Notes: generated by a model not told the origin, from the sequence alone. A stretch of DNA of 64,000 bases from Planctomycetota bacterium (GCA_038227875.1 JBBRPR010000004.1:96001-160000); one strand, 5' to 3'. Counted from the first letter of the stretch, positions 10,601 to 19,911 are shown. Numbers and translations: made by a program.

Positions 10601-11165
10601 TGAGTTCAAGATCGACGGCAAGAAGGTGCACGTGAACTTCCAGAACCTGCAGGGTGCCGAGGTCAATTTCTACCCGATGGACATCGAGCTGCTCTTCTCG
10701 AGCAACCCGTTTGTGCATGACGTCAACGATCAGTTCTCGTTCGTGAAGCCGGTGAAGACTACGACGCTGAAGTTCCCGGAGAAGACGAAGGAGTTCGAAT
10801 TCGACGTGCCGCCAGAGTTCCTCAATTCGAACGTGATGATCGAGCTGAATGCCGCCGGCACGCGGAAGTCGCAGGCGTATTACGCCAACGCGATGACCGT
10901 GCAGACGATTGAGAACTACGGGCAGGTCAAGGTCGTCAACCCAAAGACCGAGGCGCCGATGCCGAAGGTGTACGTGAAGGTTTACAGCAAGATGAAGGAC
11001 GGCGAGGTGCGCTTCTACAAGGACGGCTACACGGACCTGCGCGGCCGCTTCGATTACGCGTCGCTGAGTACCAACGAACTGGACAACGTAGCGCGGTTTG
11101 CGGTGCTGGTGATGAGCGACACCGACGGCGCGATCGTGCGCGAGGCGAATCCGCCGAAGCGGTAA
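4689..11165 (+). CDS. Giant (~2158 aa) secreted conserved hypothetical protein, alpha-2-macroglobulin-like beta-sandwich architecture
   Basis: Signal peptide MSNSRIPLVLFVALLAGAARG, strong GC3 codon bias throughout, and C-terminal KVYVKVY...FYKDGYTDLRGRFDYAS motif. Start moved to ATG 4689, which has an upstream AAGGGAG. Confidence 0.8.
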   Translation: MSNSRIPLVLFVALLAGAARGNEVGYVEDFALSANRGDTLKQLIPGSEDYYYYTCLTYQQTGAFDKVDELLKLWIERHGRTARVEEIVNRNALLAYEKDPKKSLDFLRWRLGLNFDHRKEIIDQKPNQPTRLDPAVIASETMTRDALNHYGNLQGIEDSALELLSQQKLTGEQRRELLGRLHRPDLTNMVQLVMEDLRYKYSSGFGSMEIHRQMTLAQLDELVKAMPELANQVNFIGAYLTKLQPTPDVDAQLNAKERLAWFDRVWAFVAKLQPAHNSLKAHVLFHRLEFDRTQGVYDKDRFMEYLKLPRPTAYMRPEYLQRTYQINGGQAQANLNQDFSASTLMVVVNTDDELVRDYLLHFFQKEEDFAPYLVYVRDDYIKDIFAEAKIVNGIGDMEKWYSLLNNPTRYQALKDRVDIDFAPENKHFFTANDAVSLDADVKNVKTLIVKVFEINALNYYREKNREVDTSINLDGLVANDEKTFTYDEAPLHRVRRHFDFPTLKKPGVYVVEFIGNGTSSRALIHKGKLRFIEHTGTAGHVFSVMDEENKPVKDASIWMAGRDYTADKDGEIHIPFSTAPGQQTIVLHQGEFASFDTFDHKGEVYTLNAGFHVDREALLKRQKASVLVRPELTLTGNLATVGLLEEVTLQIQTTDRDGVGTTKEIPDFKLFDDKESVYEFSTPDNIIQIGFTLRARVKSLTLQKKIDLATSRTFGLNRIDLSEKIEALHLNRTADGYFLQLLGKTGETKADRPVSLNFKHVDFREPAHAALQTDADGKIVLGQLPDIMLVSATLQDGQAYSWILPRDNHNYLSTVHGKPAQAIHLPYMGSEKAPTRAEFSLLELRGSQADGTGTFVRDCFENLAIADGFVEIKGLTAGDYSLLLKKANELVLIRITDGEIRDGYALGDVRTLEINNAEPLQITSVDANADTLKVQLKNVTKYTRVHVVADRFLPAYSIFTQLSTPGLQEPESVVWTKMISHYLTGRNIGDEYRYILERRYAPKFAGNMLARPNLLLNPFTLRTTDTAQDDLNGQGNFGSRSGGGRRAMITRHGGTRADETDSAPWANLDFLPEPSTLLANLVPDKDGVVNISRKDLGAHQNVRIVAVDTQNTVVRDVALQEVALKPKDLRLATGLDPAKHFTEQKEITLLNAGQSLVMDDITTSSLESFDTLRKVYGLYTTLSRDPRLSEFAFILEWPKLKDDEKRAAYSKYACHELNFFIYKKDPDFFKAALLPYLKNKKDKTFMDHYLIGDDMTAYTQPWNYDRLNTVEQILLAHRVQAELNPAVRHAKEIYDLMPPDIERFNFLFKTALQGNALETADGVGFREATGKIVDNNRKLNDARDQLRASNEEGKADAAPAANGFALGGAAGQPSNGPASPPPPAVAAARPAAPAKTEQLAKKLADQRSDKNKSGEFKEREKLKDAAKKPMAQAAQRAAEADDAKADKQQLEGLAVDLESRDQAQQQMLYRKLDKTEELAENNYFKLPIEQQLASLVTVNAFWKDFAANANKGPFLSGNLAEASRNFTEIMFAMSVLDLPFEAGKHASEFAAQKMTLNAKSPIVAYHKEIKESPAAEKTPVLVSQNFYRADDRFRFENNERFDKYVTDEFLVHVVYGCQVVLTNPTSSPQKLDLLLQIPRGAMPATNGFYTKGPFVQLAPYSTTTFDYHFYFPLPGEFTHYPVHVSRNGKMIASAAPVILKAVAKLTKIDTESWDYISQNGTDEQVITYLDANNIHRINLDRIAWRMGNAAMFKKVTELLTRRHDYNNTLWSYAIVHNDVPAIREFLAHADGFVAQTGLWLESPLLAIDPVARNFYQHLEYSPLVNARAHRLGKENKILNDRFYEQYERILHVLKYKPELSDADRLSVSCYMLLQDRVADGLAMFAKVNPEKIATKIQYDYVKAFGDFYSDEHKTAREVAATYKDYPIDRWKNRFADIVAQLDEAAGKNAVAIDKEDRTQAMGQLAAGEPSFEFKIDGKKVHVNFQNLQGAEVNFYPMDIELLFSSNPFVHDVNDQFSFVKPVKTTTLKFPEKTKEFEFDVPPEFLNSNVMIELNAAGTRKSQAYYANAMTVQTIENYGQVKVVNPKTEAPMPKVYVKVYSKMKDGEVRFYKDGYTDLRGRFDYASLSTNELDNVARFAVLVMSDTDGAIVREANPPKR

Positions 11166-11175
11166 GCGACACCTT

Positions 11176-11311
11176 GTGCCACGGATGCGCAGACGCTCGA
11201 GCGTAGCGAAAGCGTCTGTTCATCCGTGCGGGACGCTTTGAAATGGCGGTACGTAACGCACGGATGAACGGCTGCTTTCGCTGCGCTCAAGCATCCGCGC
11301 ATCCGTGGCAC
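11176..11311. repeat. Inverted pair of 55-nt REP-like units between convergent genes
   Basis: GTGCCACGGATGCGC-[hairpin]-GTTCATCCGTGCG at 11176-11230, with an inverted copy at 11257-11311. Confidence 0.8.
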
Positions 11312-11318
11312 CGGAAAA

Positions 11319-13091
11319 TCACGGGGCGCTGAGGGCGCCGATATCGAGCACGGATTTTTTGGCGCGGGCGCGGCTATTCATCGGGAAAACCTGCTCGCGG
11401 TCGATCACGGCTTTCTGCGACTTGCCCGCGCCGTCGACGAACGTCAGCGCATCGCCGGTCGCGCCGTTGCCCAGGCAGGGCGACGCGGCCTGCAGGTGGT
11501 AATCGTGCGCGGCGGCGTTGACGAAAAGCGGATCGGCGTTGAGCGTCTTGGCCAGTTCCGGCGCGGCGCCGCTGCGGATGCAATTGTTCGTGCCTTTGAT
11601 TTTGCCGCTCGCGACATTGAACAGCTTCGGTGAACCGATGAAGATGTTGTTGCTGGCGAAGAGCGCTTCGTCGGGCTTCTCGACCCACACGAATTGGATG
11701 CGCTCGGTCGCGGCGAAGAAGGTGTTGTTGAAGAGATAGAGGTCGCCTTTGCGCGAGCCTTTTTCAGCGCCGAAATCGAGGTACTTCGACGGATTTCCTT
11801 TGCGGTCGGCTTTGCTCTTCACCACGTTGCCAATCATCACGACATTGGAATTCGGCTTGGCGGTGTCTTCGCTTTCCTGAAAGCCGAGTTCTCCTTCTTC
11901 GGAATCGGCGATGAAGTTGTACCAGAGCTCCGTGTAGTGGCCGCGCGTTTTGAAATTCTGCCCGAAGAGCGAGCTGTGGATGTAGCACTCGCGGATGATC
12001 ATGGCGTTGGCGTTGAGATAGAAGTTGTGGCTGTAGCCGTCGAAGTCCTTCGTGCCGTTGAAGGCGATCTCGCAGCGTTCGATCACGCCGGTGTCGAGAT
12101 CGCCGCCCATGATGCCCATGTCGCAATACGTGACCTTGCAGTTGCGCAGGATGCCGAAGTGGCTGTTGATGAAGCGCACGCCCGTGCCGTTGTTGCCGTT
12201 GCGCGCGTTCTTGATCTCGAACGAATCGACGATGCAGTACGAGCCTTCGATCTGCACCGCCGCTCGCGGGGTCGGACCGGCGCCGCTGACGGACACGCCC
12301 GTGCAGTCGATCACCGGTCGTTCGCCCTTCGGGCCGACCATGCCGCGCAGCGTCACTGGCGCGTTGGGCTGGCCGGCGCACTTCATCTTGAACGCTTCCT
12401 TGTAGACGCCGGGATCGACGAGCACCGTGTCGCCGGCCTTTGCTTTGGCCAATCCAGCGGTGATGGTGGCCAGCGGCCGCGTCGGGCCCACGTTGATCAC
12501 CGGCCCGCTGATCTGCGTCTGGTTCGGAGGCGGCGTGTAGACTGTGCCGGTCGCGGAGGAGACGGGCTGAGGTTCGGGCGCCTTGGACTTGGCTGTCGTC
12601 GCCGGCGCCGGATCGGCGGGCTTCTGCGTTTTCTGAGTCTGCAGAATGCGCTGCGAGAGATTGAGAATCTTCTCTTTCAGCTCGTCGCTGGGACTGCTGA
12701 TTTTCGCGAGGATGTCGCAGGCCTTGTCGTGAAAGCCGAGCATGTTCGCGACTTCCGCCGCGACGACGAGACGTTCGCCCTTGTCGGAAGCGATCGACTT
12801 GGCGATGCCGGCGAGGTCTTCGGCGGAGATTTCCTTCCACTTCACCGGAAACGGATTGCCTTGCACGTCGACCGTGAGCAGCGCGTCGGTGCAGCTTAAA
12901 ATTTTGTACGTCTTACGTTCACCCAAAACGGTCAGCCACACCGGCGGCTGCTCGCCGGCTTGCAGGACGGTGTCGAGCTGCTCCGAGAGATACGACGCGG
13001 TTTCCAGGCGCGTGGATTCTTCGACCGCATGCGCCGTCAGCGGCGCGAGCAGAGTCAGGAAAAGAATCACGCAGCCGAAAAGTCGATGCAC
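11319..13091 (-). CDS. Secreted right-handed parallel beta-helix protein (pectate-lyase-like) with an N-terminal helical domain
   Basis: Signal peptide, Pro/Thr linker, AKAGDTVLVDPGVY, Asn-rich beta-helix repeats and C-terminal DPLFVN...DYHLQAASPC...DIGA. Confidence 0.8.
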   Translation of the reverse strand: MHRLFGCVILFLTLLAPLTAHAVEESTRLETASYLSEQLDTVLQAGEQPPVWLTVLGERKTYKILSCTDALLTVDVQGNPFPVKWKEISAEDLAGIAKSIASDKGERLVVAAEVANMLGFHDKACDILAKISSPSDELKEKILNLSQRILQTQKTQKPADPAPATTAKSKAPEPQPVSSATGTVYTPPPNQTQISGPVINVGPTRPLATITAGLAKAKAGDTVLVDPGVYKEAFKMKCAGQPNAPVTLRGMVGPKGERPVIDCTGVSVSGAGPTPRAAVQIEGSYCIVDSFEIKNARNGNNGTGVRFINSHFGILRNCKVTYCDMGIMGGDLDTGVIERCEIAFNGTKDFDGYSHNFYLNANAMIIRECYIHSSLFGQNFKTRGHYTELWYNFIADSEEGELGFQESEDTAKPNSNVVMIGNVVKSKADRKGNPSKYLDFGAEKGSRKGDLYLFNNTFFAATERIQFVWVEKPDEALFASNNIFIGSPKLFNVASGKIKGTNNCIRSGAAPELAKTLNADPLFVNAAAHDYHLQAASPCLGNGATGDALTFVDGAGKSQKAVIDREQVFPMNSRARAKKSVLDIGALSAP

Positions 13092-13485
13092 GGATTAGAT
13101 CCTGGGAAGTCGCGTCGTCGTTGCTTCCTTGAATACACCGTTGACGATACCGGGAGGGGCATCTGAGTGCCATTTTGTTGTATTATTTACAACTCGTTAA
13201 CTCTAACGAAATCAAGTCTATGCAACCGCAGCTCTAAAGGAACTATGTCAATAGCGCTCCAGCTCCTTAAAATAAATGATCTGGATGTTGCCTTGCCGTG
13301 CGCATCTCAAACAGTGCGGTGGGTTAAAATCGCGTTGACTGCGCCTCCACAGTCACGCGGTTCTTCTACATCAGCAGCGGATACTTTGAGAGTTTCCATG
13401 CGATGCTGCGTGACGATCCTGGTGATGTTTCGCCCTACGAGACGGAGAAGGCTGCGCGCAGAGTTCTGATCGCCCTTTTCTACAA

Positions 13486-13514
13486 TTGCATAAAGTATAA
13501 CATTGACTTAAGAT
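13486..13514 (+). promoter_or_regulatory. Candidate sigma70 promoter for the pseudopilin cassette
   Basis: TTGCAT-17 nt-TAAGAT within an AT-rich ~825-bp divergent intergenic region. Confidence 0.35.
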
Positions 13515-13916
13515 GGCTTTAATCCTGAATCAAAGGCCCGCCCGAATGCGCTCCCCCACGTGCAGCGCTATGCTTTTCTAATACAAAACCAAGTTGCACA
13601 TGGGCGCCATTAAGGTTTTACACACCATGTGGTTGTGGATTTTGTACAGGATGTGCAGTTGATCGGACGCAGATTGAGACATGAATCGCGGAAAAATATG
13701 TCGCGATTTACGAAATCTAAACTACAGTTATGTCGAATGTTTTAGTAACGGCTACATACGCGCGAACTTCCAAAAGGTGGCAGAGAAAAAGCGAGAAAAA
13801 TTCGCACAGTGCCCCGTGCAATTTTCGCGGCGCTGGAAGTTTTGAAATGTGGTCCACGCATTGCATTCTCGGGCGTCGAGTCATTCATTTGAACGTTGCA
13901 CGTGGGAGTCGCAAAA

Positions 13917-14726
13917 ATGAGATTCAATCGCTTCGCTCATTTGAATCGGTCGCGCGGCTTCACGCTGATCGAATTGATTCTTGTCATCTTCATCATGGCG
14001 CTTCTGACGGCCATGACCACGCCGATGCTCTTCCAGTTTGTGAAGACGACAAAAGTACAACAGACGGTGAAGGCAATCTCCACGTCGCTCTACCGCGCCC
14101 GCACGGAAGCGATGCGGACACGAAAAATGGTGGGCGTGTATTTCGGTGAAGATCCGACCAGCTGCAAAACCCCACCGCTGCCCGGCGTGCTGCCGAGCAA
14201 GGGTCGCATTGAAGTTTGGACCGTGCGGGATTCCTACGACAGTGGCGACTTTCAGAACGAAGGCGGCTGCATGGGCAGCACAACGCCCTACAATCTTCCG
14301 TTCGATGGAGCCAACTGGTATCCGTACCGCCACCCCGACCGCTGCCTGACGCCCGAACCCATCTCTTATCCCGATGGCGTGCGCATTCTCGCGGGCAAGT
14401 TCAGCAACAACGCGACCGCGCCCAAATACGTGTTCGGCTGGCCAAAAGACTACATGGCCACGGCCGAAGGCGAAATCAAACGCCACAACATCACGTTCGC
14501 CTCGACCGGCGCGATGGCGATGCCCATCGACGGTGTGAACAGTTGGTGGAATCTTTTGATTTTCGATGAACAGACCGGCGAATACACCCTGCTCTCCTGT
14601 GGCGAATGGCTCACTTCGGCCCGACCGCGGGTGCTGAACTTTCAGTTGAGCGGACTGTATGGCCCGTCGGGCACGTACTACCCGCTGACCAACAAGCTGG
14701 ACATTCCGAAGCTCGTCGAACAGTAA
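13917..14726 (+). CDS. Prepilin-type N-terminal cleavage/methylation protein (GspH/FimT-like)
   Basis: RSRG|FTLIELILVIFIMALL class III signal, followed by ARTEAMR. Confidence 0.85.
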   Translation: MRFNRFAHLNRSRGFTLIELILVIFIMALLTAMTTPMLFQFVKTTKVQQTVKAISTSLYRARTEAMRTRKMVGVYFGEDPTSCKTPPLPGVLPSKGRIEVWTVRDSYDSGDFQNEGGCMGSTTPYNLPFDGANWYPYRHPDRCLTPEPISYPDGVRILAGKFSNNATAPKYVFGWPKDYMATAEGEIKRHNITFASTGAMAMPIDGVNSWWNLLIFDEQTGEYTLLSCGEWLTSARPRVLNFQLSGLYGPSGTYYPLTNKLDIPKLVEQ

Positions 14727-14743
14727 ACGCAAAGAGGAACGCC

Positions 14744-15349
14744 GTGCGCACCACGCTTGAAACACCGATCCTTTCCATCCGCAGCAGAGCGCGCCGGCCG
14801 CGCGGTTTGACGTTGCTGGAAGTGATCATCGCGATGTTCATCTTCCTGATCGGCATCGTGGGCGTGCTGGCGGCGATGCCGACGGGCATCAATTCCGCGA
14901 CGTGGGTGATCTTTCAGGATTCGGCGATCCATCTGGCGCATTCGAAATTCGCGGAATTCCGGCGCGACCGCGTCGATCCGGCCGTGCAGCTGAATCCCAC
15001 TCCCGGCGGTTACCTGCCGACGACAACACCTTATATGGCGGGGAATCAGGAACCGTTCAACAGCGAGGGCGATCCGTGGCGCGATTTCGCGCACAACGCT
15101 GGTGATCCGTACCAGTACTTCGAAGACATCGACCGCTACGAATGGTGTGTCGATGCGACGCACGCCATCGACAACGGCATTGGCTCCACCGATGTTCCGC
15201 TTCCGGCGAATTTCTTTTTTCCCACGAACGTCGCCCCGGGCGGCGTCTCGCGGATTCAACTCTACCGCGTCGACATCACCATCCGCATGAAGAGCACCAC
15301 GCGGCAGATGCGCTTTACGCAATACCTGTACTCGTACGGCCAGCTGTAA
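14744..15349 (+). CDS. Prepilin-type protein (GspI/PilV-like)
   Basis: RPRG|LTLLEVIIAMFIFLIGIVGVL. GTG start after AGAGGA. Confidence 0.85.
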   Translation: MRTTLETPILSIRSRARRPRGLTLLEVIIAMFIFLIGIVGVLAAMPTGINSATWVIFQDSAIHLAHSKFAEFRRDRVDPAVQLNPTPGGYLPTTTPYMAGNQEPFNSEGDPWRDFAHNAGDPYQYFEDIDRYEWCVDATHAIDNGIGSTDVPLPANFFFPTNVAPGGVSRIQLYRVDITIRMKSTTRQMRFTQYLYSYGQL

Positions 15350-15368
15350 AAACGGGGATCGGAAGTTC

Positions 15369-16604
15369 ATGAAGGATACGCATCACAACCCGCTGAGACC
15401 GCGCGCCTTCACTCTGGTGGAGATGATGGTGGTGCTGACCGTCAGCCTGCTGCTGATGACGATGATCGTGCCGGTCTTCCGGCTCTCGACGAAAACCGTG
15501 CAGGTGGTCGAACGGAAGCTGGCTGTCTACGAATCGGCGCGCAACATCCTCGACCTGGTCGAATCGGAACTGCAGCTGGCCATCACCAATGAAAAGGGCG
15601 AACACTTCTCGATCAAGCACGTGTCGTGGATGGACACCGATCCGTTCACGCCGCCGTTTACCGGTCCAGTGATTTTGCCTGGAACGATGGACACCGGAAA
15701 CATCGCGTACAAGCACGACCGGCGCATCAGTGACGCGGTGAACTACCTGCGACTGGAAGGCCACGGCACCAATTCGAATTACGTGCCGTCCATGCGCCAG
15801 TTTCCCGGCGGCAAATTCTTTCCACTCAGCTATCCGATTCTTGAGGCCACGTTTCCTGAAGCGTGGAAATGCTCGATGCGTTCCACGCTGCTGTACCAGC
15901 ACGATTTCGAACTCGGCGAAGAAGCGGACTCCGACGCCGGCCAGAAACGCTGGAGCCGTTCCGAACAGCTCGGCGACGTGGGCCAGGTGGAACTCGCTTT
16001 TATTTTTGAAACGGTTGCCAATCAATGGGAAGGCATCCAGGCGGCCAAGACCATGTACGACCAGACCGCCAATTACCTGGGACCCGGGCGCGAGATCAAG
16101 GTACCGCATCTGGTTGGAGGATCGGGCGGACCCGGCCAATTGGAATTCCAGCGCCAGCGCCGCGGAGGCCAGGTCAAGATTATGGACCTTGCTGTTTCCT
16201 ACTGGGACGACACCCAGAAAAAATACATGGATTTGCCGGAAAATACGGTGATCTACTTCTTCCCCATGCCCAAGGCCGTGCGCACGACCATCACGGTCTG
16301 CGATGTCGACAAGCGCACCACGCTGACGCTCAGCCGCATCGTCCATCTGCCCTGCGGCTCCGGCGATGGCAACGCGCTGTTGAACCCAGGTGTCGTGGCA
16401 GACACGGCCTACTTCACTGACCTGAAGCAGCCCAACAACACGATGCACGCGGTCTACAACCGGACCAAGTACCTGCCGTCGCTGCCCAACGCGTTCAATG
16501 GCGACGGTTCGCGCGGTGACCTCACCACCACGTCCGATTTTTCGTCCGCGACCGAAAACAGCATCATCACGCAGGATGGCGTCAAACCGTATCAATGGCC
16601 GTAG
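15369..16604 (+). CDS. Prepilin-type protein (GspJ/PilW-like)
   Basis: RPRA|FTLVEMMVVLTVSLLL and C-terminal PKAVRTTITV...LSRIVHLP typical of J-like pseudopilins. Confidence 0.85.
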   Translation: MKDTHHNPLRPRAFTLVEMMVVLTVSLLLMTMIVPVFRLSTKTVQVVERKLAVYESARNILDLVESELQLAITNEKGEHFSIKHVSWMDTDPFTPPFTGPVILPGTMDTGNIAYKHDRRISDAVNYLRLEGHGTNSNYVPSMRQFPGGKFFPLSYPILEATFPEAWKCSMRSTLLYQHDFELGEEADSDAGQKRWSRSEQLGDVGQVELAFIFETVANQWEGIQAAKTMYDQTANYLGPGREIKVPHLVGGSGGPGQLEFQRQRRGGQVKIMDLAVSYWDDTQKKYMDLPENTVIYFFPMPKAVRTTITVCDVDKRTTLTLSRIVHLPCGSGDGNALLNPGVVADTAYFTDLKQPNNTMHAVYNRTKYLPSLPNAFNGDGSRGDLTTTSDFSSATENSIITQDGVKPYQWP

Positions 16605-16638
16605 AGCGTTTTGGGAATCGGATTTGGAACTGCAGCAC

Positions 16639-19600
16639 ATGAAGCAGCGCACCACACGAAACAATGCTACTGCAACGGGGCCTGGTGCCGTTTCCAGCCG
16701 GGGCTTTTTGTTGCTGGTCGTAATCGGCATCCTGGCCGTGCTGTTGACCGTCTGCATCGGTTTCCTGTCATACACACGCGGTGAGATCCTGGCCGTCTCC
16801 GCGCAGCGCAACAAGAGCGACGTGGTGGACGTGATGCACACGGCGCTGGACTACACGCTGGCCAATATCTGCACCGACCAGATGTCCGGCACCGGCAGCA
16901 TGGACGAGAAGGTACCCTGCGCGTATACGCTTACTCCCGGTGCGACCGGCCTTACCGGCTCGCCGTGGTGGTTCCGGACGCTTCAAAACGGAACGTGCGA
17001 CTTTCTGCCCCGGAACGACAGCATCGTGGGCGGCGGCTGGGGATTTTCATTGAAGCCGGCGACTCAGCCGGGCGTGGAGACCAATTGGATTTATCTTCCC
17101 GCCGACTACTTCCCGGGTGGCGCCATCCGCGGACGCGCGCAAGTCCAGGTGATGGACACCAATTGCTGCATCAATGTCAACGACTGGAACGAAGACGGCA
17201 TGCCCTCGCAGGCCCAGATGGCGCACATGATTGCGGACGGCTACGGACCTCTTTATCTCGAAAGTCTGCGCCGCGGGCGCGATGTCGCCAGCCCCAACGG
17301 CGTGCCCTATAATCCGTTGCGCTACCATGAAGCGTGGCGCGTCGCCAGCCACTCCGCGCGCTACATGGCCTGGCCGGATTGGGACTATCACAGCGACGGT
17401 GCTCCGATCAACAACACCGCAAGTTTCTGCTTTGCAACGAAGAACTCGTCGTGGCTGAGCATGTATGGGCCGCAGTACAGCTGCATCTCGTCGATCATTC
17501 AGTCCGATGGCATTCCGCTGGGACAGACTACAGCCGCCACGGTTTATCTTGGCTCCCAGCTGTACGCAACGGTGAACCCGTGTCCGGCACCTAAACAGTA
17601 CGACCGAACTCCGCCGACCAATCCGTCGGGCTTCACCTGGGGCAATCCGCAGAGCGCGGGGTTCCTGCCATGGGGCATGGCGGGATTTTTCACCACGGGC
17701 TACACGGACCCCGACACTGGCCGCAGCCCGGTCAACGTCAACACCTGTTACAATTCCGGTGAGATTCTCCCTTTCGACTACTGGAGCAATCCTCCCTGCT
17801 ACACGATGGAAGGCGTCTGGAACGTCGAATCGCTGCGGCGCATCATCAAGGTCGGCTGGTTCAACGATCCGTGGTCGACGTACTGCATGATCGGTGGAGT
17901 CAAAACGTTGCGTACTGCGGTGCCAGCGGCGAGTGGCGGGACGACGTGGTCGAATGCGCAGCGCGATTGGTGCGTGCTCGATCCCAGAGCGAAGATACTC
18001 GTCGAGACGCTGAAATTGCAGCTCGCCTACCAGTACCAGGAAACGCTCTGCCGTTACTTTACTGGAACGTACTCTCATGGCGGAGTGAACCAGAAGTTCA
18101 AGCCCTTCAGTGCCACTGCCATCAAGACCTACCCGTCGACGTACACACCGGCTACTACACCGCTGCCTGCGCCGACGCATCCGTGTCTGGTCACGAATTA
18201 CAGCGCGCCGCGGTTCCCGGTATCGCTCACGGATTTTCGCAATCATGTGCGAGACGACCTCGTCAATTGTCTGAGCAAGAATTTCACCAATCCCGCCTAC
18301 ACGACAGCGGTGGCCGGGCTGCCGCCGGGAACGCCGCTTCCGCCGCGCCCGGCGGGTCAGCTCGATGCCACGTACACGGATGGCACCGTGAACTTTGTCT
18401 TCGTGGGCCCGGGTTTCGTCCCGGAGATCGCTCCGGGAAAACTGGACGTGCGCACCGCTTGCGCGTGCTATGACAACATGGTCCCCGGCAAGCCGGTTGA
18501 CATTACTGTGTTCAACGGTTGCACAGCCTACGGCGCTGGCGATCCGATTTACGAACTCTACGCGCTACAGGTTGGTCGCCAGGAAGACATGGACGACGCC
18601 TATCAGATCGATGCCAGCATCATTCATGATTCCGCAATCAATGGCATCAACGGTACGGACGTCCGTCCTTCCCGCAAAAAGCTGGGAGCCACAAACAACG
18701 GCAATCCCACGTTCAATCTGGGTACCGTACCCAGTCCCGCGGTTTACCCCTTCTCGCTGGTGACGTGGCCGCTTCCCGCGCTGACCGCGGCCACGAAGAT
18801 CGGCAACATCTCGTCACGCTGGGTGGACAATCCTCAACTGAGCGCCACGTCGTACTACTCAAGCTTCAATGGACCCGATCCGGCGTGGGAAGCACATTTG
18901 TATGACCATCACACCCGCATGATGACGCTGCTGCCCAAGGGCAACGACATCTGCTCGCGAAACGCGTTCGATCCCGCGGACGGCCGGAAGTTCAATGGCA
19001 CGGTTGTCACCGGAAGTCCCGAAATTCCCACCGGACCGTGGTTGGATGACATGGTCCTGGGCTCAGGGGGCACGATCGTCAGTACCGGTTACAACCAGAT
19101 GAATCGTTCAGGATCCAATCAGCATGACGTTCCGTTCCGCCAGCTGTGTTTCACGCCCGATTCGTTCTCGACAGAATTGACGACGACGTCGACGACCTTT
19201 CTGATCATCGTCAACGCGCAGTTGGTCGATCAGGCCTCAGTCGTCGCCAATCCGGGCAATCCCGCTCTGCATTTGGATCAGTCGTGGAATCAGTGGGGCT
19301 GTGTCGTGCAGATCGCTCCCGATGTCAAGGTGGAGACGTCTGTGAGCGAACCGGCAACCAAGAACATGCTCAAGACCGTTCCTCCTGATCCGAACATGCA
19401 GACGCCCAATGGCCCCGCAGCGCCGGACGCTCAATTCTGGCAGTGGTACAAAAACGAAATGCCTCGCCGCGTCAAGACCTATCAGGGCACACTGCCGATG
19501 ACCAGCAATGGCTGGCTGGATGATTCCTACTTGGATGACGCCTGCCCCAGTCTGTACGCCCGCAATCGCGGTAACACGGGTGCCTACACCACGCCGTTTG

Positions 19601-19911
19601 GGCGCACGTCGAATCAGCCCCGCATGCCGTGGAAGGGAGTTGGCGGATACAACCCAGCGATGAGCGGCGGTGTGGCGGAATTGGAAAACTCGAACTCCAC
19701 CCACATCCGCGACTGGAAACGGGCCCTCAACCCCGGCGAGATCACCACCGGCTGCGATATCAACCAGGTGCCGCCGGCGGGCGTACCCAGCGGGCGCGGC
19801 GCGGACGTCATCTATACGCCAGCCAATCAGATCAAGAAGCGCATCATCATCCGCTCGATCTGGTGTCTGAATCAGGGCATTGAGCAACAACGGGCCACGC
19901 AGGGAGATTGA
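16639..19911 (+). CDS. Large GspK/PilX-like pseudopilin (~1090 aa), candidate tip adhesin
   Basis: SSRG|FLLLVVIGILAVLLTV lacks E5, as K-type pseudopilins do. It also has QVMDTNCCINVN, PVNVNT and TTTSTTFLIIVNAQ GspK-like elements. Confidence 0.75.
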   Translation: MKQRTTRNNATATGPGAVSSRGFLLLVVIGILAVLLTVCIGFLSYTRGEILAVSAQRNKSDVVDVMHTALDYTLANICTDQMSGTGSMDEKVPCAYTLTPGATGLTGSPWWFRTLQNGTCDFLPRNDSIVGGGWGFSLKPATQPGVETNWIYLPADYFPGGAIRGRAQVQVMDTNCCINVNDWNEDGMPSQAQMAHMIADGYGPLYLESLRRGRDVASPNGVPYNPLRYHEAWRVASHSARYMAWPDWDYHSDGAPINNTASFCFATKNSSWLSMYGPQYSCISSIIQSDGIPLGQTTAATVYLGSQLYATVNPCPAPKQYDRTPPTNPSGFTWGNPQSAGFLPWGMAGFFTTGYTDPDTGRSPVNVNTCYNSGEILPFDYWSNPPCYTMEGVWNVESLRRIIKVGWFNDPWSTYCMIGGVKTLRTAVPAASGGTTWSNAQRDWCVLDPRAKILVETLKLQLAYQYQETLCRYFTGTYSHGGVNQKFKPFSATAIKTYPSTYTPATTPLPAPTHPCLVTNYSAPRFPVSLTDFRNHVRDDLVNCLSKNFTNPAYTTAVAGLPPGTPLPPRPAGQLDATYTDGTVNFVFVGPGFVPEIAPGKLDVRTACACYDNMVPGKPVDITVFNGCTAYGAGDPIYELYALQVGRQEDMDDAYQIDASIIHDSAINGINGTDVRPSRKKLGATNNGNPTFNLGTVPSPAVYPFSLVTWPLPALTAATKIGNISSRWVDNPQLSATSYYSSFNGPDPAWEAHLYDHHTRMMTLLPKGNDICSRNAFDPADGRKFNGTVVTGSPEIPTGPWLDDMVLGSGGTIVSTGYNQMNRSGSNQHDVPFRQLCFTPDSFSTELTTTSTTFLIIVNAQLVDQASVVANPGNPALHLDQSWNQWGCVVQIAPDVKVETSVSEPATKNMLKTVPPDPNMQTPNGPAAPDAQFWQWYKNEMPRRVKTYQGTLPMTSNGWLDDSYLDDACPSLYARNRGNTGAYTTPFGRTSNQPRMPWKGVGGYNPAMSGGVAELENSNSTHIRDWKRALNPGEITTGCDINQVPPAGVPSGRGADVIYTPANQIKKRIIIRSIWCLNQGIEQQRATQGD

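Noticed and set aside
13167..13469. 100-aa ORF in the AT-rich intergenic region
   Set aside because: No RBS, atypical composition and no motifs; more likely regulatory DNA.
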